The notes under the pieces: model-generated
The model's input: only the letters and a program-made list of their open reading frames with translations
What the model was told of the DNA's origin: nothing
Databases searched by the model: none
Program-made: the position numbers and the translations under genes
Origin: Octopus sinensis
Taxonomy: Eukaryota
DNA length: 64,000 nucleotides
Reading direction: 5' to 3'
NCBI RefSeq assembly: GCF_006345805.1
Contig: NC_043006.1
Coordinates: 75,950,001 to 76,014,000 of the forward strand
Part shown: one piece after another, positions 52,587 through 64,000 of the stretch
Position numbering within the stretch: the stretch's first letter is position 1
Layout: each line of letters begins with the position of its first letter

Positions 52587-53019
52587 ATATATAATTATAT
52601 ATATATATATATGGATGTATGGGTGTATGTATATGTATGTATGTGCATGAGTTATAAAAATATTTTTTATATAAAACAAAAATAATAATGAATAATAATA
52701 ATTAATTTTACTATCTTTATAATACTAATTAAAGTTAATCAAGATTATTGAAAATAAGAGTTATATTATTGTTAATAAATTCATGATGCAGAGAAGGAAA
52801 ACTCGCGTGTTACGTGGCAGTATTGATTTTGTGTATTACGTCAGTCATCAGATTGTGTATTATTGAAATAACAATATTTTCGTTTATATAGCTATTATAT
52901 TAATAAATTGATCATAGTAATTATTACAATTAAATTTATACAAAAATTATATATTATATGTTTGTACTTTACCTCTTCATATTAAACTATAAGTATGTAT
53001 TTAAGATATGGTCTAGCAA

Positions 53020-53700
53020 TATTTACAGAAAAGACAGTTAGAAGCGTGTACACAAGATGAAATATTTCATTTCTGGAAATATGTAGTTAATGTCTGGAAG
53101 ATGATACTGTATGGTTTAGCGTGACTCATAATTTTCTATCTAACTCTTACTGCTGTCCTTTATTCTAGACGGTTCCTAAAACTACTTTCGTGGTTAGCTA
53201 TTACTTTCTTTATAAAGCATTCAGTAGTCCAATATAAAGATAATTATTACCTTCAAATTCAATAATAGCCTGATATACCAGGTTATTGTGTTTACAGAAC
53301 TTACTAAATTTACAGTTGGGCCTCATCCTTACAATTACAAAATTTATTTTCATCAGCTTAATATTGATTATAACCAGGGAGATCTGGTTGTTGGTTTACC
53401 CTCCCCCATTTCAACTAAAATCATCATTTGTCATGGCCGATTTAGCATGTCCTCCATTCAATAATTTTTCAGTTGGACTCCATTTTTCTTCTTCTTCTTC
53501 TTCTTCTTCTTTCTTCTCTTCTTCTTCTTCTTCTTCTTCTTCTTCTTCTTCTCTGTGTTTATTTATATCATATTTCCTTTTAGCTACATCATTTATATTT
53601 TTAATTCTAATTTTAATCCCTTTATTGTACTTAGTTCTATTACTGTATGTTCTATGATATAAATCATTACATGTATTAATTACACTAAGTCCATTATATT
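53020..53700 (-). mobile_element. Decayed PLE: (GAA)n linker plus GIY-YIG remnant
   Basis: Minus strand NCKFSKFCKHNNLVYQAIIEFEGNNYLYIG, ANHESSFRN, KIMSHAKPYS; poly-Glu ORF 53411-53704 upstream. Confidence 0.7.
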
Positions 53701-54029
53701 TCATTTTACGTTTATACCTTGTGCTTTATTATAGTAATACATATTTTTGTTTAGAATTCCCTCATTAGACGAAGGGTAATTGACTCTTTTTTTCAATATT
53801 GGACTGCATCCATGCTGATGCACCGTCATGAAGAATCATCATGTGAATGCTTCACACTCAGCACTTCTTTTTTAAAACCTGGCACTTATTGTATCACTCA
53901 CTTTTGTCGAATCGCTACGTTATGGATACACACGTTTACGAGCGCGTGCGCGCACACACACATACACGCGCACATGCACACACGCACACATACACTCACA
54001 CACACAATAACACATGTACAACGAGTTTT

Positions 54030-54187
54030 TTAAGTTTCCGCCTATCAGATTCATCCATTCATAAAGCTTTGTTTGGTCCAACGCTGTATACTAGGAGACA
54101 CTTGCGCAAGGTACCATGAAGTAGGGTTGAACGCGGAATCATGTAATGGGAACACAGACTTCTTACCATACTACCACTCATGCGCCT
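54030..54187 (-). mobile_element. Degenerate SINE B head
   Basis: Similarity to the B head and body. Confidence 0.65.
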
Positions 54188-54809
54188 ATATGTATATAAT
54201 GGATAAGAGTTCGTCAAAAAGCCACACAGCAGATGCAATTATTATTATTCTTATTATTCTCATTATTAATATTATTATTATTATTATTATATATAATAAT
54301 ATAATATTATTATTCAGGGTTAGACAACAATAACCCAAAGTAAAACGAATGGACGTGGGATCGAAGGAAACAAGAGTTCACTATAGCCAATGCCCGACAT
54401 GTATTAGATATTTACGTATTTCTACCATTTGTTTAAACCCACCTGCTTTATAGACTTTTTGCCTTATCATACTTCCATGCCAAATATTAAAACTATAATT
54501 ACTTATGTTGTTCAGAACTTATTTTTTTATTTATGTAACTAATTTGTAATACAAATATATTATACAACAGTTGACACTACTTTTTTTACCTGCCTTACTA
54601 AATAACGTTCGGCTTTCTTTGATGTTTACATTGGTTTCTTTATGTACTACTGAGGTCGTGCTGTCCTTGCATGCTTGGTTAGTTTTGAAAAAACTTGGCA
54701 GACAGGAAACCATTTAAAACACCCCATTTATTCTTACACCTTTTACGTAGTCTATTACTCATTGTGTATGTATACATGTATGTATATAAATGCATATACA
54801 TACATATGC

Positions 54810-54850
<41 letters not shown>

Positions 54851-54989
54851 GTATATACATACATGTATACATACATGGAAGGTTTTTAACATAGGCAACC
54901 TTGCCCCCCACACACACACATACACATTCATTTAACACTAGGTCAAAAACGAAAACAACTAAAACAGCTAACAGTGACAAGCCTCGCCT

Positions 54990-55475
54990 CCCACGTACCT
55001 TCCACAAAAATATAGATAGCACTCCTTTATCTAATAACTTATACAAAAAATGTGACGGACGCTCTATTCTGTGGTACACACTACCATTCTCACTTAACGT
55101 TAAGAACTTAGTTAAATCCTTCTTTAGAATACTAGATTCGAACTTCCCTCGACAACATAAATATCATTCTATCTTTAATCGACCCACCCTGAAGTTATCT
55201 TATTCTACCTCACCCAACTTCGAATCTATTCTAGCAGCCTCTAATAAGCAAACGTTCTCTCTTTACTATGAAAACTCACATAACTACAACTTTAATAATA
55301 CGAACACTCGACATACACTCACACAGCTACAGTACAGATACCCCTGAATTTGACCACAACCACAACCTAACCCATGATACTGACACTGCCTGGAACACCA
55401 CCACAATCTCTATCGGCCTTACAAATAGTAATTAATAACAACAATATTAATACTAGCAATGACAGTAATGATAAC

Positions 55476-55512
<37 letters not shown>

Positions 55513-55520
55513 TAATAATA

Positions 55521-55555
<35 letters not shown>

Positions 55556-55708
55556 TAATAATAATGATAATAATAACAATAACAATAATGATAATAATAA
55601 CAATAACAATAATGATAATAATAATAATAATAATAATAATATAATAATAAAATAATAATAATAATAATAACAATAATAATAATGATAATAATAACAATAA
55701 CAATAATG

Positions 55709-55786
<78 letters not shown>

Positions 55787-56420
55787 TATAGAAATTTCCA
55801 CCCCTTCTATAACCTTTCCTCTAACGATACTACCTCCTCTATTACTGAACGCAGACCCCAAAATTCACCTAATTGTAATTGCCGTCCTAAAATCATCTGT
55901 CCGTTACAAACCCATTGCAGAAGATATAATGTAATTTATAAATGCACGGTCCTTAATCTATTACACAACGCTACAGCCATGTACATAGGATCAACCAAAA
56001 AATTTAAGCAACGATATGACACTCACCTCCGTTCTTTTTCTCATCTTTTCCTCTTTCTTCATTCATTTTTTCCTGTTTTCGATTTAACCCTACTAATACA
56101 CTCCCTATTTTTAGGTCACTTTAAATATAACCCTTGATTCTAGAACACTGTGTATAAACTCTACACTTTGGATGACCAATTTTAAATACTATTGGATTTT
56201 ATTTATAAGGTATTGGAAACTTATATGTATAGCATTCTGCCTAAAAATGGATCTACAAATATAATATCCCTACATATCTCACATCTATTTTCTTTCCTCC
56301 ACCTTACTCTCTGTTTCGTATCTTATCTAAATTAACTATTACCTAACCATCTTCTCACACCGTCTCCGATGAAGGGATATAATAAATATCTTGGTAACAG
56401 CTGTAAGACCTATCTACAAA
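54990..56420 (+). mobile_element. Decayed PLE: post-RT region, (AAT)n linker, GIY-YIG, 3' region with degenerate HHR
   Basis: RSILWYTLPFSLNVK...HSIFNRPTLKLSYSTSPN; CNCRPKIICPL..C..NVIYKCTV...MYIGSTKKFKQRYDTHLRSF; GTCT-CCGATGA-AGGGATAT..ATATCTT-GGTAACAGCTGTA-AGAC at 56362-56409. Confidence 0.85.
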
Positions 56421-56465
56421 TATTCTAAAATCTATACAGCCTTGGTTCTTTTCTCTCATTACGAA

Positions 56466-56499
<34 letters not shown>

Positions 56500-56501
<2 letters not shown>

Positions 56502-56629
56502 GACGAGCTTTCAGTCTTCTTATATCAAATTCACTCACAAGGTGTTGGTCGACCCTAGGCTATATTAGAAGATGCCCAAGGTGCCGCACTGAGGAACTGA
56601 GCCCTGAACTATGTGGTTGGGAAGCTAGC

Positions 56630-56632
<3 letters not shown>
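56500..56632 (-). mobile_element. SINE B fragment
   Basis: CTCACAAGG..TTGGTCG...GCCCAAGGTGCCGC. Confidence 0.7.
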
Positions 56633-56712
<80 letters not shown>

Positions 56713-56899
56713 CAGGTTTAGTTCACTGGTAATCTAAACGGATAGGTACATTGAGTATGTGCTGTAATTGATTATCTGTTAGGTGCCAAGTTTACAGGTA
56801 AAGGCTTACATGAATGCAGATATATATTAGAGGAAGAGGACAACGAAAACTGAGGCAGGTGGAGTATCTCAAGTCATTTATAATAATTATGGTATAGTG

Positions 56900-57866
56900 A
56901 ATATGATGCCTTACAGAAGTTTCAGAGATATCCCAAGTGATAGGTGAGCATGTCCGTGCTCTTGGTATTCCGTCTTCAGAGTCAATGTTAGTATGTCAAG
57001 GCAGGGAAATTCGAAGTTTATAAGGAAGAAAAAAGAAGAATATAGATATAAGAATAAAGACAAGAGAATACAGTTTATGTTGAAGTAATGGATTAAGTGT
57101 AAATGGTCCATGTGCGTATATAAAAAGACAGATATAAAGATAGACAGAGGGGGGTTGTGAGTGTGCGTATAGCAGAGCTAAGAAAGAGAGAAAAGACAAG
57201 AATAGGATAGGTGTGGGAAAGAGTGAATGAAAGCGAAAGTAAAGTAAAATCAAAATAAAGAAACAGAATAAAAAGAAAAAGAATATAGAGATGAGTTGCC
57301 AGTATTATTCTTTGTAAGTGTCAGTTCGGGGTGAAAGATCAGGTGTTAAGATTTCGGTAATATTTCGGAGGAAGATATTGATATCTAATCGCTAAATAGA
57401 TGAAATCTTGATGAGACTTGGTCGATGGTTAGTAGGGATAGATAAAAATAGATGCCTAGCTTAAGAGGGTATACATAGGATAAAACTAGAATTAAATGGA
57501 TAAAAGGATACACATTAAAGAATTAACATTTAAAAGTTAAAAGTTGAATTAAATTTAAAAATAAAAATAAAATAAAGAATTAAAGCAAGTTAGCTTCTGA
57601 GTTGATAGGGAAGAAAAGGAAACGAACAACGCACGTATATTATAACGACCGTGAATCCATATAGGCAAGTGTTATGTGTGTTGATTTTGCTTGCATTTTG
57701 ACTTATGAAACAATCTAAAGGTGCAATGGATTTTATGCTTACATGTAGAAAATGCTTCGTATTGTTTATTGAGTAGTTGCGGTGAATTATGAATTAATAT
57801 TTGGAGTGATTCTTTCAGGCAGAGTTCACGTGCGGACATATCGTTATTATTATTATTATTACTAGC

Positions 57867-57910
<44 letters not shown>

Positions 57911-57936
57911 AAGTGATAGTAGTGTTAGTAGTAGTG

Positions 57937-57974
<38 letters not shown>

Positions 57975-58270
57975 GTAGTAGTCGTAGTAGTAATAGTAGT
58001 AGTGATATTGGTATTAACTGTCGGTTTAGCCGTGTTCCGTCCTCGCTGGGATGCGCGGATGTTCGTATGCTGGTTATGGTATATGCTATCATTTTTCGTG
58101 TTAGTATTTTCGCTGTATTGACCCATGTTATGATTATGTATATTGAAGTAGAAAGAATTAAGTTTACGCTTATTAGATGAAGTAACTTTAGATTCTATAT
58201 TAGGCGGAGAGGAGCAGGGTAATTTCAGAGGAGATCTACTGAAGATTGAATAGTACTTATAGTCAACTCG
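56900..58270 (-). mobile_element. Decayed PLE related to 54990-56420, with internal deletion and degenerate HHR
   Basis: YYSIFSRSPLKLPCSSPPNIES..TSSNKRKL; (ACT/AAT)n; RELCLKESLQILIHNSPQLLNK...STCKHK; CTGAAGA...GAAACTTCTGTA at 56908-56983(-). Confidence 0.8.
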
Positions 58271-58337
58271 TCCTGCCTTGGTTTTTTGTCGTTTTTTCCT
58301 CATACATATAGAGATGTCCAAACATAAATGTAAATAA

Positions 58338-58398
<61 letters not shown>

Positions 58399-59365
58399 CA
58401 CACACACGCACTCACACCAGTGAGTGTATAAACGTAAGAATGTGATAGTCATCTCATTTCTGTTGAATTTCATATATTATTTAATAAGAGTTAAACTCAT
58501 CTCCATGCAGCCTTAATGTTTCATAGGCTATCTTGTCAGGAATCAAGAGAACAATACAGAGATGGCGTCTAGATTTTAGGTCTCTATTGGTTAACTCAGA
58601 TCACGTGATGTTATGAATCTGAAAGCGACATCAGTTATTTGCTGTATTTACTCTGACAAGTTAATGGGGTAGATAGGTAGCAGTTGCCGCTATACCTGAA
58701 AGTATATTTAGCGACATCCCGTGGCAGGGTGAATTTGATAAAATCACGCTGGATTGTAATGACGAAATGGCTCGTAGTCTGAACCGGCAAGTATATTTGC
58801 AGAGTGCATGTATATGTGCATGTCTATGTATGTGCGTGTGGATTTAAGCTGATAAATTTTCCATTACTCCAGGCTTCTTGTTAGCAAATTTTTTTTATTC
58901 TTGTGTGGAGCACTCGTGCGTGTGTGCTCATGCATGTGTATTTAAGTTGACTCCAGGTTTCGAGCCAACAAATTGTTGATCTATATGACTGACTATCTTT
59001 CAGTGTTCGTTTGCTTCTCTCTGTTTACATACTTCATGGTTGCAATTTCTTTGCTATAAATTGTTTCCATTGAAAGTATTTTTTATATCTCTGATTTGTT
59101 TAGATATTGCGTTGTTTCTTTATTGGACGTATATCATATTTTCCTCATTCTCTACGATCAACGGCAATTGAGCACACAACGCTAATTCTTTAAATGTACA
59201 TTGCATGTAGCAGAGTAATTGTCATTTATGTATTAATAGAGGCTGTAAGAGCTGCGAAAAACTGCGTGAGATATTGCTTGTCCTTAGCTGCAGCTCATTA
59301 AGAAGTAATTTTCATCCTCGCTGTTGAAACAAACTTCATCAGATATGTAATATTATGTAATTCTT

Positions 59366-59726
59366 TTATGCTTTTATTCGTTTCAGTCATTTGAATGCGG
59401 CCATGATGTAGCACCGCCTTTAGTCGAACAAATCGACCTCAGGATTTATTCTCTCCAAGCCTAATTAGTACTTATTCTATCGGTTCTTTTGCCAAAAAGT
59501 CTGGTTACAGGGACGGAAACATACCAACATCGATTGTGTAACGATGGTGGGAGGACAAACACAGACGCACAAACAAGTACATACATATATACTAAATCTA
59601 CTCACAAGGCATTGGTCGGCTCGAAGCTATAGTAGAGGACACTTGCCTGGGTTCCCACGCAGTGGGACTGAACCAGGAGCCATGCGATTGGGAAGCAAGC
59701 TTCTTGCAACACAGCTACACCTACGC

Positions 59727-59729
<3 letters not shown>
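59366..59729 (-). mobile_element. SINE family B
   Basis: Reverse complement of B tail, body and head. Confidence 0.85.
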
Positions 59730-59773
<44 letters not shown>

Positions 59774-60529
59774 TATATGTATGATCTGTAAGGCTGAATA
59801 TTTGTGCTTGCGTGTATGTATGTATGTATGTATGTATGTATGTGTGCGTAAGTGAGTATACGTGCGTGAGTGTGCGTGTGTGTTTGCATAGATATACATG
59901 TGTTCATATAAAAGCTAGTTGAATCTATTTAACACTCTCACATTCTGGTTTCGTAATACAAATTACAAGCCATATTATAAACACATTAAGCTAGCAATTA
60001 AAATATCAGCGTTTACGTTCACATATGTTTCTTGTAACTGTGAAATGAAAACCAAAATGCAAGGTAGGTTTTTTTCCAGAACAACAAATATGTGAATATG
60101 CGTATGCATGTATAAATGCATTCTTTTATAGTTTGTAATGTCAAAAGCCAGACATGTTATGTAAAGTAATTGATAAAATGAAACGATTCCTCTCTTTATT
60201 TTACATGTGCTTTCGATATGTATATCCAAATCAGTGTGCTAAACAGATTTAAGTGTATCAACGTTCAGAGTTAGAAAATATAATCTGTCAATTTTGTTTG
60301 AAATCTACAAACATTTCTGAATACATCAAGTGCTTTCGTATTATTATGGCTACCTCTTTAGCTTAAATAATATCGATTTCAGAACATCATTCTTTTAAGA
60401 TATTCTTTAGTGCTTTCTATAAAGTTACTCTGGTTTTAGCAAAAGCTGACTTCACACATAAACTTCGAAACTTAGAGTTTGCCTTTGATGACGGAAATAC
60501 TCAGCTCACGGTATGCCTTTTTTGCATAT

Positions 60530-60815
60530 ATATATATTGTTTGTTCCTTCTCGAGCCATGCCTGACTCATAAGGGCCGGTTTCTCGGTTTCCTTGGCGTA
60601 TAGGTTCCCCACCTGGATGGGATGCCGGTCCATTGCAGGTGAGCTGCAAGATGCAGGAGGAAAGAGTGAGATGAAGTTGTGGCAAGAAAGTCAGCAGAAG
60701 TTCGCCATTACTTTCTGCCGGAGCAGCATGGAGCTTAAGTGTTTTGCTCATAAACGCACACATCGCCTGATCTGAGATTCGAACCCGCGACCCCTCGACC
60801 GCGAGTTCGCTGCTC
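60530..60815 (-). mobile_element. SINE, C-like head with C3-type tail
   Basis: GATTCGAACCCGCGACC B-box (rc); tail similar to 61378-61500. Confidence 0.75.
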
Positions 60816-61377
60816 TATACATACATACATACAAACGTATATATGTATGTATATATGTGTGTAGGTGTGTGTGCGGCATGTGTGTGTATGCATGTATTTA
60901 AGTGTTTATGTGTATATATTCTTCGCTATTGGGGTGGCGTTTTTTTCATAACATTGGATGGATTAGAATCTGTATCAGCCTCGAATACATTTCAAGTCAG
61001 CACACTAAGAAAGATAAGGAAATATTTTAGGTCATACGCAAATATGGATGTCTCTCAGATAATTATATCCATAGACTAACACAAGTACTCTACTGGTACA
61101 TTATTTGTATGACACTGATATGAACTCAAAACGTAAACAAATGCAATAAAAAGATCCCTAGGCATTTTATCAACAACTCTACTGATTCCACCCATCTATG
61201 TAACGTTTTAAATTGTTATAAAAAATCGGCTTTGAAGCTAAAAGTGTAAGAATCTATAGCAGACAAAGATCTATCTTTGTTTCTGAATATCTATTAGTTT
61301 TTGAGTCACTCTTCATAAAAAAAAAAGCATAGATCAAATACGTACCATATGTATCTAGAACCCAAACGTCCGTTACT

Positions 61378-61698
61378 TGATATTATTTATTTATGCGCCC
61401 TTTTCAAGCCTAGCGAGGCTCATGGGCCCGGTTTTCCGGTTTCTGTGGCGTATGTGCTTCCTCCCTAGCTGGACGGGACGCCAGACCATCGCAGCGTTAC
61501 TCAAGAAACAGGAAGAGAGAGTGAGAGAAAGTTGGGGTGAAAGAGTACTACAGGGGTCACCACCACCCGCTGCTGGAGCCTCGTGGAGCTTTAGGTGTTT
61601 TCGCTCAATAACCACCCACAACATCCGGTCTGGAAATCGAAACCGCGAACCTCCGACCGCTAGTCCGGTGCCCTAGCCACTTGGCCATTGCACCTCCA
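61378..61698 (-). mobile_element. SINE with C head and C3 tail
   Basis: C head reverse complement at the right; tail ...CATACGCCACAGAAACCGG...GGGCGCATAAATAAATAAT. Confidence 0.85.
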
Positions 61699-61996
61699 CG
61701 TTACTTAATATACAGTTAATTGTTTTCGGTATCCTATAGATACTGAAAATCCACTGCCAATTATTAACAATAACTCTCATAGAGATAGACATTCACATTA
61801 ATTTGGGATGGGGAGATAAAATACAAGGTATCAATGATATAAACATGCCTACATGATAATTGAAATTTTCTTACTAAATAAGCTAAAATTTTGGGGATAC
61901 ACTTGGCACCACGCAGTTTTTATATGGACCTTCAAGTGATGACTGGCGAATCGACACAACCAGAACTTGAGTTCGGACGTATGGTAACTAAGTGCC

Positions 61997-62227
61997 TATT
62001 TCTTTACTACCCACAAGGGGCTAATCACAGAGAGGACAAACAAGGACATACAAACGGATTAAGTCGATTATATCGACCCCAGTGCGTAACTGGTACTTAA
62101 TTTATCGACCCCAAGAGGATGAAAGGCAAAGTCGACCTCGGCGGAATTTGAACTCAGAACGTAGCAGCTGACGAAATACGGCTACGCATTTCTCCCGGCG
62201 TGCTAACGTTTCTGCCAGCTCGCCGCC
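61997..62227 (-). mobile_element. Full-length SINE A
   Basis: GCCAGCTCGCCGCC head (rc) to TATTTCTTT tail (rc). Confidence 0.9.
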
Positions 62228-62780
62228 TTATGGTAGCTAAGTACCATAAGGCAGTTCGTGAAATTTTGTAATGATTCTGCCACTCCTCCACCCTTCAAAA
62301 ATCGAAGATTACAAATAATATTCATATCAACGGATTTAAATTGAAAATAACATATACGAAACGTGTGTGATAATGAATATATTGATTTATAAGTATATGT
62401 TTTGTATAAATGAATAGAAACTTTGAGCTGGTATCTCTGTAACAGCGTACTAATAAATAAAATATTTCATTTCGTTATAAAATGGAACCTTATATAATGG
62501 AACTTAATGTGTTTACATTTTAGAACTAATAGTTTTGAATTATTATTCTGCTGAACTATGTAAGACAGTTGGTTGGTATGCCTAATTAGATATGAATCGC
62601 ACCAATTCAAAAATCAATCGTACACACTCACCCGAAAAATATGAAAAGACCGATTCAATTTAAAATGAGTTTTACATTGCCATAACTATTTAATTAAATA
62701 TCATGCCGTACGTTCTTTAGAAAATATATTATTAGTGTATTCAGCAACGGATAATATTGTAAATATTGTGTGCATTAAGA

Positions 62781-62915
62781 AGCCGGCGGTCGACTTTGAC
62801 TTTCACCCTTTCGGGGTCGATAAATTAAGTACTAGTCATGCTCCTGGGTCAATGTATTCGACTACTCCCCACCCCACAAATTTCAGGCATTGTGCCACTA
62901 GTAGAAAGGGTTATT
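62781..62915 (+). mobile_element. SINE A' 3' fragment
   Basis: GTCGACTTTGACTTTCACCCTTTCGGGGTCGATAAATTAAGTAC. Confidence 0.8.
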
Positions 62916-64000
62916 TAGAGTGTGAAATTTCAACTAATAAAACAGGGACTTCGAATGCTATCTGGTAAATCTCAATTCCGTATTTAAACATTCTAAGGTC
63001 ATTTCCTATTTAAACATCCAAAGATTATAAAAATAAGCGCGCCAGTGTCGATCCGATCAATTTGTATCTCAGATTTCTTTATCGTAAGTCATTGTAATTA
63101 TTGTCGTTAGATTTTCAATGGTCAGTAACGATGGCTAAAGCAGACGACTATTTGCATTAAATTCTTTCTTTCTTTATTGTTATTGCGTTGTTATAAGCAT
63201 AATGTTTTCTTATGATATAATATGCTGGTTTGAATTTCGTATATCTGGAATTGACAATGTAAACATCCGTAACACAATGGATATAAATCCGGTGAAGATA
63301 TATAACACAAAATCAGCTAAATGGGCAAAGTAAATAATTACTTAATCGAAGAGGGGTCACTATGCAATTACAACGTAACAATGCAATCAGATTTTGCGGG
63401 GATGTTTAAAACATCCCTGTGTATTGCATCCTTTACTCTGAGCAGTACGATGTTGTTTTGATTTCGGCAAATGATGGAGAAAATGGTGAAGTGGAGATAT
63501 GCATTATTTAGAAGGATTTAGACATGTTCTGACTTATTTCTGTCCTATTACATAAAACTACTATATTTACTTTTGTTATGAAAATGCAACCTGTGAAGAA
63601 TTCACATGCGCTGTGTGCAATAATCGTCAGACTGGTCTCTTCTTAATAATCATCAAAACTCATTTAACTAGAAGTAAAGTCCCGGAGTTATGAATACATC
63701 TTCAACTAAATAATATAAACAATGTATTTTAGCAGAAATAATTCATCCAACAGTATAGGGTTGATGGTCTGGTATTAAACACGGAAAATAAATACCGGTT
63801 TATATAGCAAAACATTTCCACACATACGTATACAGACACATACACATACGCATATGTAATATAGAATATTGAAAAAAAAATTCAGTAACACAACAAAAGA
63901 AGACGTGTAACGCTGGTCAAAAACCCAAAATTAAGGACAAAGAAATAGAAGTAACAACACGCAGAGCAACGTTCCGAGAAGAAAAAGTATCTCTGAACTC

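Noticed and set aside
53230-53463. Plus-strand frame ...ELTKFTVGPHPYNYKIYFHQLNIDYNQGDLVVG...* with a TTTACAG acceptor, resembling a terminal exon
   Set aside because: It is the antisense of the PLE GIY-YIG remnant (LVYQA...YIG on the minus strand).

Overview
AT-rich, repeat-saturated animal genomic DNA. The SINE repertoire and the (TA)n/(CA)n/(TATG)n load look like an octopod cephalopod (recognition from memory, not verified). I cannot support any host protein-coding gene, rRNA, true tRNA or CRISPR array. Nearly all ORF-track entries are microsatellite read-throughs or decayed transposon fragments. The window holds at least 5 tRNA-headed SINE types; decayed CR1, RTE and CRE-type LINEs; several Penelope-like element (PLE) remnants; two non-autonomous Helitrons; and two mariner deletion derivatives. 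The main result is a set of hammerhead ribozyme (HHR) elements. A non-coding ~364-bp monomer carries a complete, extended type I HHR and sits as a terminally redundant copy plus an inverted copy inside a SINE microsatellite (25627-26356, retrozyme-like). A tRNA-headed SINE carries a minimal PLE-type HHR (34522-34836). Degenerate HHRs lie at the 3' ends of two PLE remnants (56362-56409, 56908-56983). Fold-back structures are also recurrent (23943-24541, 24706-25028, 25627-26356, 35470-35561).
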